Sequence record: OP172784
Length of the DNA: 64,000 bases
Strand: one strand, 5' to 3'
DNA from: Escherichia phage ECO07P1
The number at the start of each line of letters is the position of its first letter. Position 1 is the stretch's first letter. The notes under the pieces are model-generated. The model was given only the letters and a program-made list of their open reading frames with translations. It was not told where the DNA came from and searched no databases. Below are positions 36,277 to 44,872 of this stretch, piece after piece. Both the position numbers and the translations under genes were made by a program.

Positions 36277-36855
36277 ATGAAAACGTATAAAGAATTTATT
36301 GCTGAAGCTTCTGTGGAAAAGGCCAAAGGCATTAATAAGGACGAGTGGAACTATCGTGGTGGAAACGGCTTTGACCCTAAAACTGCTCCACTTGAACGAT
36401 ATCTAGCCACAAAAGCTTCTGACTTTAAAGCTTTCGCTTGGGAAGGACTTCGCTGGCGTACCGATCTAAATATTGAAGTTGATGGGCTTAAATTTGGCCA
36501 TATTCAAGATGTTGTTGCTAGTAACTTGGATGCAGCTTTTGTTAAAGCTGACGGTGACCTTCGTCGCTGGAATTTAAAACTATTCTCTAAACAGAAAGGC
36601 CCGGTGTTTGTGCCTAAAGCTGGTAAATGGGTTATTGATAATAAATTAGCTAAGGCTGTCAACTACGCTGGTCTTGAATTCGCCAAGCACAAATCATCAT
36701 GGAAAGGTCTGGATGCAATGGCTTTCCGTAAAGAATTTGCTGATGTTATGGCTAAAGGCGGCTTTAAGGCAGAAATAGATACCTCTAAAGGTACGTTTAA
36801 GGACGCTAATGTTCAGTACGCTTATGCCGTTGCTAACGCAGCCCGTGGTAATTAA
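36277..36855 (+). CDS. ipIII: internal protein III-like
   Basis: 192 aa; MKTYKEFIAE-A CTS; length and N-terminus match T4 IPIII from memory. Confidence 0.7.
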   Translation: MKTYKEFIAEASVEKAKGINKDEWNYRGGNGFDPKTAPLERYLATKASDFKAFAWEGLRWRTDLNIEVDGLKFGHIQDVVASNLDAAFVKADGDLRRWNLKLFSKQKGPVFVPKAGKWVIDNKLAKAVNYAGLEFAKHKSSWKGLDAMAFRKEFADVMAKGGFKAEIDTSKGTFKDANVQYAYAVANAARGN

Positions 36856-36896
36856 TAAGGCCGATACTTAGGCTTATTTACATTTAAAGGAAACAT

Positions 36897-37199
36897 ATGA
36901 AAACATATCAAGAATTTATTACTGAAGCTCGAGTGAGTGCAGGTAAATTAGAATCCGCTATAAATAAAAAGGCCCATTCATTTCATGATTTGTCCGATAA
37001 AGACCGTAAGAAACTTATAAGCCTTTATATTGACAAAGAGCGTATTCTCGCTCTTCCTGGCGCTAATGAAGGTAAACAGGCCAAGCCTTTGAATGCTGTC
37101 GAAAAGAAAATTGATAACTTTGCTTCTAAATTCGGTATGTCTATGGATGACCTTCAGCAAGCGGCTATCGAAGCAGCTAAAGTAATTAAAGGTAAATAA
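36897..37199 (+). CDS. ipII: internal protein II-like
   Basis: 100 aa; MKTYQEFITE-A CTS; length matches T4 IPII. Confidence 0.65.
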   Translation: MKTYQEFITEARVSAGKLESAINKKAHSFHDLSDKDRKKLISLYIDKERILALPGANEGKQAKPLNAVEKKIDNFASKFGMSMDDLQQAAIEAAKVIKGK

Positions 37200-37342
37200 C
37201 ATGGGAACAACCTGGACCTCATGATTCTATGAGGGATTCCCGCCAACCTGTAATAAGGGTCGAGCCCAAGTGCGGTAATGGGTAAACACAGAAATGGACA
37301 ATTCATGCGCCACGGAATGGCCCAACCTAAAAGAGAAACTAA

Positions 37343-37882
37343 ATGAGAACATTTTTAACTGGTCCTTATCTATCCCTGATGAATGCTTTTACACACCATT
37401 CTGATGCTAGAGTAGAAGAAATTTGTAAGAATGATTATGTCCCACCATTTGAAGACTTACTCAAACAGTATTGCACACTTCGACTAGATGGTGGACGTCA
37501 ATCCGGTAAATCAACTGCAGTAACTAATTTTGCCGCTAATTGGTTGTATGATGGCGGAACAGTTATTGTTCTTTCTAATACTTCAGCTTACGCTAAAATT
37601 TCTGCAAATAACATTAAAAAGGAATTTTCGCGTTATTCTAATGATGATATACGTTTTCGTTTATTTACTGATTCTGTCCGTAGTTTTATCGGTAATAAAG
37701 GAAGCAAGTTCAGAGGTTTATCGCTTTCGCGGATTTTGTATATAATCGATGAGCCTGTTAAATCTCCTGATATGGATAAAATTTACGATATTCATATTGA
37801 AACTGTGCACCACTGTTGCAATAGTAAATGCTGCATTGGTGGTATTATTCGTCCACAGTTTTTCATAATCGGAATGCAATGA
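37343..37882 (+). CDS. small P-loop NTPase-like protein
   Basis: Walker A-like DGGRQSGKST and Walker B-like ILYIIDEP; C-terminal Cys cluster. Confidence 0.5.
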   Translation: MRTFLTGPYLSLMNAFTHHSDARVEEICKNDYVPPFEDLLKQYCTLRLDGGRQSGKSTAVTNFAANWLYDGGTVIVLSNTSAYAKISANNIKKEFSRYSNDDIRFRLFTDSVRSFIGNKGSKFRGLSLSRILYIIDEPVKSPDMDKIYDIHIETVHHCCNSKCCIGGIIRPQFFIIGMQ

Positions 37883-38061
37883 TGACAGACACGCAACTTT
37901 TCGAATATCTTTATTTTTCGCCAAAAACTGTTAAAAATAAATTGGTGAATCATTTTGAAATTTTGGCAAATAACAACGTCTTGAGCGAATTTTATCCTAA
38001 GCAATACAAATTACAAAAAAGGCGTATTCAAAGGATGCAGAGTTTTGTGCACTGCTCCTAA
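37879..38061 (+). CDS. hypothetical small protein
   Basis: ATGATGA overlap with upstream stop; about 60 aa. Confidence 0.4.
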   Translation: MMTDTQLFEYLYFSPKTVKNKLVNHFEILANNNVLSEFYPKQYKLQKRRIQRMQSFVHCS

Positions 38062-38217
38062 TGCAAGATTAATGAATAAAATTCCATATTTTACCATGGA
38101 ATTTATTGATGGGCCTTTTAAAGGACTAATCACGCAGAGTTTAATGGCATATGATTCTGAGCCATTTTTAATTAAAGAACAATCTTGGATAAATTTATTT
38201 TCTAATTGAGAGGTTAT

Positions 38218-38580
38218 ATGAAAGCATATCAAATTCTTGAAGGCACGCATAAAGGTACTATTTATTTTGAAGATGGTATTCAAGCACGAATTATTGTCTC
38301 TAAAACTTTTAAAGAGGACTCTTTTGTAGACCCAGAAATTTTCTATGGTTTGCATGCCCGTGAAATTGAAATTGAAACACAACCTACAGTTAAAATTGAA
38401 GGTGGTCAACACCTGAACGTTAACGTTCTGCGTCGCGAAACTCTGGAAGATGCAGTTAAGCATCCGGAAAAATATCCGCAGCTAACCATCCGTGTATCCG
38501 GTTATGCAGTTCGCTTTAACTCTCTGACTCCGGAACAGCAGCGCGACGTTATCGCTCGTACCTTTACTGAGAGTCTGTAA
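38218..38580 (+). CDS. autonomous glycyl radical cofactor (GrcA/YfiD-like)
   Basis: C-terminal half carries the glycyl-radical signature [25 protein letters not shown]; 3' half uses host-like codons (CTG, CGT, CCG); GAGAGG Shine-Dalgarno. Confidence 0.85.
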   Translation: MKAYQILEGTHKGTIYFEDGIQARIIVSKTFKEDSFVDPEIFYGLHAREIEIETQPTVKIEGGQHLNVNVLRRETLEDAVKHPEKYPQLTIRVSGYAVRFNSLTPEQQRDVIARTFTESL

Positions 38581-38801
38581 TGGCAAAGATAATTATTGAA
38601 GGTTCTAAAGATGTGCTAAATGCTTTCGCCGAATGGTTTAGTAATTCAGGCGAACAGCAATTTAATGAAGCGTGGAATATGGGTGATATTGATGGAATTT
38701 ATCCTACGACAGAAATTTCTGTTCAAGGATATGGAATTCATGAGCCTATTCGTTTAGTTGAATATGATTTAGGTACTGGTGAGGAAGTAAAATATGATTG
38801 A
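38580..38801 (+). CDS. hypothetical protein (vs.5 position)
   Basis: 73 aa; TAATG overlap with upstream stop. Confidence 0.55.
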   Translation: MAKIIIEGSKDVLNAFAEWFSNSGEQQFNEAWNMGDIDGIYPTTEISVQGYGIHEPIRLVEYDLGTGEEVKYD

Positions 38802-39060
38802 AGATATTAAGGGTTATAAGCCACATACTGAAGAGAAAATCGGTAAAGTGAATGCTATTAAAGACGCTGAAGTTCGTTTAGGACTTATCTTTGGTGCTTT
38901 ATACGATGAATTCTGGGAAGCACTAGATAATTGTGAAGACTGTGAATTCGCGAAGAATTATGCTGAAAGCCTTGATCAGTTAACTATTGCTAAAACTAAA
39001 CTCAAAGAAGCCAGTATGTGGGCTTGTCGTGCTGTGTTCCAACCAGAGGAAAAATACTAA
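38794..39060 (+). CDS. small protein at vs.4 position (possible Acb2-like cyclic-nucleotide sponge)
   Basis: 88 aa; position between GrcA-like gene and regB corresponds to T4 vs.4; call by synteny and size only. Confidence 0.4.
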   Translation: MIEDIKGYKPHTEEKIGKVNAIKDAEVRLGLIFGALYDEFWEALDNCEDCEFAKNYAESLDQLTIAKTKLKEASMWACRAVFQPEEKY

Positions 39061-39338
39061 TGGCTCAATTAAGCGCAGGGTTTGGTTATGAGTATTATAC
39101 TGCCCCTCGTCGTGTATCTGTTGCTCCTAAGAAAATTCAAAGTCTTGATGACTTCCAGGAAGTAGTTCGTAACGCTTTCCAGGACTATGCACGTTATCTT
39201 AAAGAAGATTCACAGGACTGTCTCGAAGAAGATGAAATTGCTTACTATGAGCAGCGTCTTGAACAGCTTAAAAACCTACATGAGGTTCGTGCAGAAGTTA
39301 CAAAGTCTATGAATAAATTGATTAGATTTAAAGAATAA
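39060..39338 (+). CDS. hypothetical acidic protein
   Basis: Start [13 protein letters not shown] at TAATGG overlap; 92 aa. Confidence 0.5.
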   Translation: MAQLSAGFGYEYYTAPRRVSVAPKKIQSLDDFQEVVRNAFQDYARYLKEDSQDCLEEDEIAYYEQRLEQLKNLHEVRAEVTKSMNKLIRFKE

Positions 39339-39340
39339 CT

Positions 39341-39370
39341 GTTTACTTTTCCTCTTGACTGTGGTATAAT
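39341..39370 (+). promoter_or_regulatory. T4-type early promoter (regB)
   Basis: GTTTAC-N18-TATAAT preceded by TGG. Confidence 0.65.
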
Positions 39371-39397
39371 TTTTCTATCAGTTAAGAGGAGAATAAC

Positions 39398-39859
39398 ATG
39401 ACTATCAACACAGAAGTTTTTATCCGTCGAAATAAGCTCCGTCGTCACTTTGAGTCGGAGTTTCGTCAAATTAACAATGAGATTCGTGAGGCATCAAAAG
39501 CAACAGGAGTCTCATCGTTTCATCTAAAATATTCTCAGCATCTTCTTGATCGTGCAATTCAGCGGGAGATTGATGAGACATATGTTTTTGAATTATTCCA
39601 CAAAATAAAAGACCATGTTTTAGAAGTTAATGAATTCCTGAGTATGCCTCCACGCCCTGATATTGACGAAGATTTTATTGATGGTGTTGAATATCGTCCT
39701 GGACGTTTAGAAATCACAGATGGAAATCTTTGGCTTGGATTTACAGTTTGTAAACCTAATGCGAAGTTCAAAGACCCGTCGCTTCAATGTAGGATGGCAA
39801 TTATCAACAGTCGTCGTTTACCAGGAAAGGCTTCTAAAGCAGTAATTAAAACTCAATGA
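39398..39859 (+). CDS. regB: RegB site-specific endoribonuclease
   Basis: 153 aa; MTINTEVFIRRNKLRRHFESEFRQINNEIREASKA..., near-identical to T4 RegB; early promoter upstream. Confidence 0.9.
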   Translation: MTINTEVFIRRNKLRRHFESEFRQINNEIREASKATGVSSFHLKYSQHLLDRAIQREIDETYVFELFHKIKDHVLEVNEFLSMPPRPDIDEDFIDGVEYRPGRLEITDGNLWLGFTVCKPNAKFKDPSLQCRMAIINSRRLPGKASKAVIKTQ

Positions 39860-39866
39860 GGTAAGC

Positions 39867-40412
39867 ATGAGAAAAGCACTACTCGCTGGTCTATTGGCCA
39901 TTTCTATGATGGCACATAGCTCCGAGCATACTTTCAGTAATGTCCAACTCGATAACATGCGTTACGCGTATCAATTCGGGGAACAATTTTCTAAGGATGG
40001 AAAATATAAAACACATAAAAATATCCACAAGAGCGGATTAGGTCATATAATGGCTGCTATTTTATGGCAAGAAAGCTCTGCCGGAGTTAATTTAAAATCT
40101 AAACCAAAGCATCATGCCTATGGAATGTTCCAAAATTATTTGCCGACCATGCGAGCAAGAGTTAAGGAACTTGGTTATAATATGACCGATGCCGAAATAA
40201 AAAGAATGTTGAATAAACGGTCCAATTCAGCTTCCTGGGCGTACATTGAACTTTCTTATTGGTTAAATATACATAAGGGTGATATAAGAAAGGCAATATC
40301 CTCTTATAATTCGGGATGGAATGTTAAAGCAGGTTCTAAATATGCTTCTGAAGTCCTAGAAAAGGCTAACTACCTTAAAAATAATAAACTGTTGGAAATA
40401 GTAAATGACTAA
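39867..40412 (+). CDS. secreted lytic transglycosylase-like protein (vs.1 position)
   Basis: Signal peptide MRKALLAGLLAISMMAHS; SLT-like motifs WQESSAG, YGMFQN, SYNSGWN. Confidence 0.6.
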   Translation: MRKALLAGLLAISMMAHSSEHTFSNVQLDNMRYAYQFGEQFSKDGKYKTHKNIHKSGLGHIMAAILWQESSAGVNLKSKPKHHAYGMFQNYLPTMRARVKELGYNMTDAEIKRMLNKRSNSASWAYIELSYWLNIHKGDIRKAISSYNSGWNVKAGSKYASEVLEKANYLKNNKLLEIVND

Positions 40413-40746
40413 AATTTTGGTTTTATGTGTAGGATTAATTTCATTTTCTGCGTTAGCAAATACATCATACACTGAAATTAGAGAGTATGCAAACCGTACT
40501 GCCGCGGATTATTGTGGGAAAAATAAAGCATGCCAAGCTGAATTTGCACAGAAATTAATATATGCATATAAAGACGGAGAAAGAGATAAATCAAGCAGAT
40601 ATAAAAATGATACTTTATTAAAACGATATGCTAAAAAGTGGAATACTTTAGAATGTTCAGTTGCGGAGGAGAAAGATAAAGCCGCTTGTCATTCAATGGT
40701 TGACCGTTTGGTAGATTCTTATAATCGAGGATTGAGTACTAGATGA
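40405..40746 (+). CDS. vs: secreted small protein at vs position (valyl-tRNA synthetase modifier-like)
   Basis: 113 aa with signal peptide MTKILVLCVGLISFSALA; position between vs.1-like and tk.4-like genes. Confidence 0.4.
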   Translation: MTKILVLCVGLISFSALANTSYTEIREYANRTAADYCGKNKACQAEFAQKLIYAYKDGERDKSSRYKNDTLLKRYAKKWNTLECSVAEEKDKAACHSMVDRLVDSYNRGLSTR

Positions 40747-41222
40747 TTGTAAAATATATCAAGGGCGATATTGTCGCCCTATTTCTTCAAGGAAATATTA
40801 TTGCGCACGGGTGCAATTGTTTTCATACTATGGGTTCAGGTGTAGCGGGTCAATTAGCAAGGGCCTATCCTAAAATTTTAGAAATAGATAAAACCACTAC
40901 CGAGTACGGTTCTCGTGATAAATTAGGCGATATGTCTATTGTTTTTAAGCATAGTCCTACGGGATTTGGTATATGCTATAACCTGTATACGCAATACGAA
41001 CCGGGTCCTAATCTTGATTATGGTGCTTTAGTAAATTGCATGATAGAATTAAATCTACAGGCAGAAACCCTTTTGTTTAAACCAGTAATTTACATTCCAC
41101 GCATAGGTTGCGGTATTGCTGGAGGCGATTGGGATAAGGTTTCTAAATTAATCGACATGTTTACTCCTGATATTGATTTAATAGTGGTGGATTATGAAAG
41201 CACATTACCCGCATCCGTTTGA
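40743..41222 (+). CDS. macro-domain-like protein (tk.4 position)
   Basis: Macro-like motifs NIIAHGCNCFHTMGSGVAGQLA and PRIGCGIAGGDWDKV. Confidence 0.5.
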   Translation: MIVKYIKGDIVALFLQGNIIAHGCNCFHTMGSGVAGQLARAYPKILEIDKTTTEYGSRDKLGDMSIVFKHSPTGFGICYNLYTQYEPGPNLDYGALVNCMIELNLQAETLLFKPVIYIPRIGCGIAGGDWDKVSKLIDMFTPDIDLIVVDYESTLPASV

Positions 41223-41406
41223 CCCTAAAAATAAAGCGGAAATTATTCGTCAATGGGAACGCATTTGCCGTACTAAATGCCCAATTAATAGTCCACATGA
41301 TGTAGATAAAGACTATATTGGAACATTCGTTGAATATACCTTTATTGATAAGAAAGGTCGTAAACAACATGTAGAAGAATATTGCTTAAAGGTTACATGG
41401 TTATGA
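41194..41406 (+). CDS. hypothetical protein
   Basis: 70 aa ORF with Cys/His residues; overlaps upstream gene end. Confidence 0.45.
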   Translation: MKAHYPHPFDPKNKAEIIRQWERICRTKCPINSPHDVDKDYIGTFVEYTFIDKKGRKQHVEEYCLKVTWL

Positions 41407-41588
41407 GTCTGAGTAAAGAACAAAAAGACAGACTGTTTTCTCTTATTCACGAAGTTATGGATAAAAATAGTGAATTGGAAAAAGTTTGCGATGAATGCGG
41501 TCCTTTTAATACCGACGAATACGAAGAACTGTGTAAAGATTTCGACGATAAAGAACAAGAACTTATTGATTATATAAATTCCTTATGA
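41403..41588 (+). CDS. hypothetical acidic small protein
   Basis: ATGA overlap start MSLSKEQKDRLF. Confidence 0.45.
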   Translation: MSLSKEQKDRLFSLIHEVMDKNSELEKVCDECGPFNTDEYEELCKDFDDKEQELIDYINSL

Positions 41589-41773
41589 TTACTCGCGAAC
41601 AAAAGAATGAAATACGATTTTTAATCAGCGAAATTACTAGTTTAGAACGAGATTTATCTTTTGAATTGGCTTCGGATTATGGAGATGCTGAAACATACTA
41701 CGAATTAGTAAAATCTATCGATAAAGCTGAAAATGATTTAGAAACATATTTAGAAAATTTAACTAAGGACTAA
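41585..41773 (+). CDS. hypothetical small protein
   Basis: 62 aa; overlapping-start arrangement. Confidence 0.45.
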   Translation: MITREQKNEIRFLISEITSLERDLSFELASDYGDAETYYELVKSIDKAENDLETYLENLTKD

Positions 41774-41774
41774 G

Positions 41775-42356
41775 ATGGCGAGTTTAATTTTTACTTATGC
41801 AGCAATGAATGCTGGAAAATCTGCTTCTCTTTTGACTGCTGCGCATAATTATAAAGAACGTGGAATGAGTGTATTAGTTCTTAAGCCTGCTATTGATACT
41901 CGCGATTCTGTCTGTGAAGTCGTTTCTCGCATTGGAATTAAGCAGGAAGCGAATATTATTACGGATGATATGGATATTTTTGAGTTCTATAAATGGGCTG
42001 AAGCACAAAAAGATATTCATTGCGTATTTGTAGATGAAGCCCAATTTTTAAAAACTGAACAGGTGCATCAATTAAGTCGAATTGTTGATACATATAATGT
42101 TCCTGTTATGGCTTATGGTCTAAGGACTGATTTCGCTGGAAAATTATTTGAAGGTTCTAAGGAACTTTTGGCGATTGCAGATAAACTTATTGAACTGAAG
42201 GCAGTTTGTCATTGCGGTAAAAAAGCGATTATGACAGCTCGATTAATGGAAGATGGAACACCAGTTAAAGAAGGTAATCAAATCTGTATTGGTGATGAAA
42301 TTTATGTTTCTTTGTGTAGAAAACATTGGAACGAATTAACTAAAAAGCTCGGTTAG
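41775..42356 (+). CDS. tk: thymidine kinase
   Basis: 193 aa as T4 Tk; P-loop NAGKSAS; C-terminal CHCGKKA...CIGDE zinc motif. Confidence 0.9.
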   Translation: MASLIFTYAAMNAGKSASLLTAAHNYKERGMSVLVLKPAIDTRDSVCEVVSRIGIKQEANIITDDMDIFEFYKWAEAQKDIHCVFVDEAQFLKTEQVHQLSRIVDTYNVPVMAYGLRTDFAGKLFEGSKELLAIADKLIELKAVCHCGKKAIMTARLMEDGTPVKEGNQICIGDEIYVSLCRKHWNELTKKLG

Positions 42357-42398
42357 TGCAAAAGTTATAAATAGGTTTATCTAACTAAAGGGGTATAT

Positions 42399-42611
42399 AT
42401 GCTACAATTAACTGAAAAGCAACTTCGCAATCTTACTGTTCTTCAATTAGATGAAATTCGTAGGGAAGTTGGAAATATCATTTCAGCTTTGCGTCGAGAA
42501 GTATCGCTCAACCAATCTCCGGCAGACTATACTAGATTGCGAAATTTTGAAAAATACCTTGATAAAGTTAAGGCCGTACATCGGCATAAAGTAAATACAG
42601 GACAAAAATGA
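42399..42611 (+). CDS. hypothetical protein (rI.1 position)
   Basis: 70 aa between tk and rI. Confidence 0.5.
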
Positions 42612-42623
42612 TAGGAGGCCTTT

Positions 42624-42917
42624 ATGGCCTTAAAAGCAGCGGCACTATTCGCCATGCTAGGATTAGCGTTTGTTTTATCTCCGCCGATTGAAGCGAATGT
42701 CGATCCTCATTTTGATAAATTTATGGAATCTGGTATTAGACATGTTTATACGCTTTTTGAAAATAAAAGCGTAGAATCATCTAAACAGTTCTATAGTTTC
42801 ATGCGAACGACCTATAAAAATGACCCGTGTTCTTCTGATTTTGAATGTATAGAACGAGGCGCGGAGATGGCACAATCATACGCTAGAATTATGAACATTA
42901 AATTGGAGACTGAATGA
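42624..42917 (+). CDS. rI: lysis inhibition regulator rI
   Basis: 97 aa; MALKAAALFAMLGLAFVLSPPIEANVDPHFDKFMESGIRHVY matches T4 RI. Confidence 0.88.
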   Translation: MALKAAALFAMLGLAFVLSPPIEANVDPHFDKFMESGIRHVYTLFENKSVESSKQFYSFMRTTYKNDPCSSDFECIERGAEMAQSYARIMNIKLETE

Positions 42918-43300
42918 AATTCAGCGACTTTTCACAAAGTGGAAAACCTTCAAAGGCAGATGAATACTTAGGTTTATTAATGGCTGCGCAAGCTTATTTT
43001 CATTCTGCGCATTTTGAAACTAAAAGTTATGCTAGACACAAAGCATACGATTTTATTTTTTCCGAGTTGCCAGATTTGATTGATAAATTTGGTGAGCAAT
43101 ATTTGGGGTATTCTGGTAGAAAATACACACCTTCAATTCCAGATGCTAGTAAACTTCCTACCGACACAATTAAAATGATTGATCGTATACTAGACCAATC
43201 TAACAGCATTTACAAAGAAATGCCTCCAGCCATTCAAAGCACGATAGATGATATTACTGGAATGTTTTATCAAAGTAAGTATCTTCTTTCCCTCGAATAA
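42914..43300 (+). CDS. hypothetical protein (rI.-1 position)
   Basis: 128 aa; overlap with rI stop; terminator follows. Confidence 0.55.
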   Translation: MKFSDFSQSGKPSKADEYLGLLMAAQAYFHSAHFETKSYARHKAYDFIFSELPDLIDKFGEQYLGYSGRKYTPSIPDASKLPTDTIKMIDRILDQSNSIYKEMPPAIQSTIDDITGMFYQSKYLLSLE

Positions 43301-43304
43301 CATT

Positions 43305-43328
43305 AGTCTCCTTCGGGAGACTTTTTTC
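43305..43328 (+). terminator. rho-independent terminator
   Basis: AGTCTCCTTCGGGAGACT then TTTTTT. Confidence 0.7.
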
Positions 43329-43337
43329 ATTTTACCG

Positions 43338-43367
43338 GTTTACTTTCCATTTGAGCTGTGATACTAT
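43338..43367 (+). promoter_or_regulatory. T4-type early promoter
   Basis: GTTTAC-N18-TACTAT. Confidence 0.6.
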
Positions 43368-43395
43368 ACAACCATCGGATAAAGAGGAGAACATC

Positions 43396-43584
43396 ATGAA
43401 AATTGAAGCACTTAATCAAGAAGGAAATATCTACGTCATCATTAATGGTGATTTTTTCGTCGACATGGATGAAGTTACCAGTGAAGAGCTTGTAGAACTT
43501 CTTAAGAAACGTTATGATATGTGTGATGAAGCTGCAACTCATATGGCGTGTGCAATGTTCTCTCTTTCATATGTGGTGGAATAA
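43396..43584 (+). CDS. hypothetical small protein
   Basis: Start MKIEALNQ after AAGAGGAG Shine-Dalgarno; early promoter upstream. Confidence 0.5.
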   Translation: MKIEALNQEGNIYVIINGDFFVDMDEVTSEELVELLKKRYDMCDEAATHMACAMFSLSYVVE

Positions 43585-43787
43585 TGATTAGTATAGAACA
43601 AGCAGATAAAATTAAAGAATTGATAGCTTTAATTCGCAAAGCAGACGAGGAACTTAGTGACTTTGCTTGGTTTTCGGCAGGCATTGCAAATAAAGGCGCT
43701 GAAGAACTTGAAGCTAAAGTTGATAATGCTGTAGAAGCTTTAGATATGTTTCTTGATGAAATTATCGATCACAATACGAGAGTTTAA
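43584..43787 (+). CDS. hypothetical acidic small protein
   Basis: TAATG overlap start [13 protein letters not shown]. Confidence 0.5.
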   Translation: MISIEQADKIKELIALIRKADEELSDFAWFSAGIANKGAEELEAKVDNAVEALDMFLDEIIDHNTRV

Positions 43788-43789
43788 GT

Positions 43790-43984
43790 ATGCTAACACG
43801 TGAACAGTTTGAAAAAATCATTAAATTAGCACGTGATATTGAAATAGATTCATACCAATTGGCAGTTGAGCATTGTGAAGGATATTCATACGATGGTATA
43901 GAAGCGGCTAAAAAGGATTTGGATAAATCCAAAGCTAAGTTAGTTCAATATCTTGAAATGATTAGGTGGAATAATGAAAACTGA
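43790..43984 (+). CDS. hypothetical small protein
   Basis: 64 aa; compact operon spacing. Confidence 0.5.
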   Translation: MLTREQFEKIIKLARDIEIDSYQLAVEHCEGYSYDGIEAAKKDLDKSKAKLVQYLEMIRWNNEN

Positions 43985-44147
43985 AAAGCAGATGTTTTTA
44001 ATGAAGCTAATTGAAGAATATGCTAATGCAGTTTCTGACTACGATTATTCTTCTCGTGAAAGAGGTACAGCTTTCGCAAAGGAAGAAATGAAAATCATGG
44101 TTGATGCTCACACAAAACTCCAGAATTTTATTGAAAACGTCATTTAA
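43974..44147 (+). CDS. hypothetical small protein (57 aa)
   Basis: ATG overlapping upstream stop; MKTEKQMFLMKLIEEYANAV...; below ORF-track cutoff. Confidence 0.4.
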   Translation: MKTEKQMFLMKLIEEYANAVSDYDYSSRERGTAFAKEEMKIMVDAHTKLQNFIENVI

Positions 44148-44149
44148 CG

Positions 44150-44179
44150 GTTTATAAGTTGGCAAGGTTATGGTATAGT
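44150..44179 (+). promoter_or_regulatory. T4-type early promoter variant, -10 inside a palindrome
   Basis: GTTTAT-N18-TATAGT; -10 lies in the loop of inverted repeat GTTGGCAAG...CTTGCCAAC. Confidence 0.45.
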
Positions 44180-44207
44180 AATCTTGCCAACTGCCAGGGA
44201 GAAGAGA

Positions 44208-44312
44208 ATGAAAGTTTTGTTTGTTGTGTATGTGATGATTCAATATTATCATCCGATGTTTACTTATAATCTGGTGAACAACATTATTGATATTATTCAA
44301 AGGAGTATGTAA
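44208..44312 (+). CDS. hypothetical hydrophobic peptide (34 aa)
   Basis: GGGAGAAG Shine-Dalgarno then MKVLFVVYVMIQYYHPMF...; downstream of early promoter at 44150. Confidence 0.3.
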   Translation: MKVLFVVYVMIQYYHPMFTYNLVNNIIDIIQRSM

Positions 44313-44314
44313 TT

Positions 44315-44872
44315 GTGAGTGAGTCGAAGAGAATCAATATGAAACGATTAGTATTAGAAGTTAGTCCGCTTTTTGGTGAATTGGCTATAGAAAAAGTAAA
44401 TAACATGTATCGTTTGACGCAAGAAGACGATATGCTATATTTTACGCCTAGTGAAATCATTCATTTAACCCAAATTGAAAATCCTTATACTGATAAAATT
44501 GTAAGCATTAATGATGAGCATAAAATTCATTTTTATTCTTTATGCCCAGGATTTAATATTGAAAGCGAGTCAATATGCTTATCAATTAATAATTGGGATA
44601 ATTTTATAACTTACATTAAATATTTTTATTATTCTAATGAAAGAAAACATAGTTTAAAATGGCTTAAAAATTGCAATGCTATTATTACTAACGCTTGCGA
44701 TCAGAATGATGAAACTGTTTTAAGTGTATCAAAATGTTATGAAGAAGGAGATGTCTTAACTATTCGTCAAATTGATGATTTTCGAGCGCATATTGTCACA
44801 TTTACCAAAGATGAAGCTATTGCGTTAAAGACTTATCTTGATTCTGTCATTCCAACTATGATTTCAAAGTGA
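44315..44872 (+). CDS. hypothetical protein, tandem paralog A
   Basis: 185 aa (GTG start after AGGAG; alternative ATG at 44339); shares GFNIE and C-terminal motifs with the next ORF. Confidence 0.55.
   Translation: MSESKRINMKRLVLEVSPLFGELAIEKVNNMYRLTQEDDMLYFTPSEIIHLTQIENPYTDKIVSINDEHKIHFYSLCPGFNIESESICLSINNWDNFITYIKYFYYSNERKHSLKWLKNCNAIITNACDQNDETVLSVSKCYEEGDVLTIRQIDDFRAHIVTFTKDEAIALKTYLDSVIPTMISK

Noticed and set aside
38011-38463. 150-aa minus-strand ORF
   Set aside because: Antisense to the GrcA-like gene, whose glycyl-radical motif is unambiguous on the plus strand
44007-44300. 97-aa minus-strand ORF
   Set aside because: Runs antisense across a plus-strand small gene, an early promoter and a Shine-Dalgarno-led peptide ORF; all neighbouring genes are plus-strand and tightly coupled
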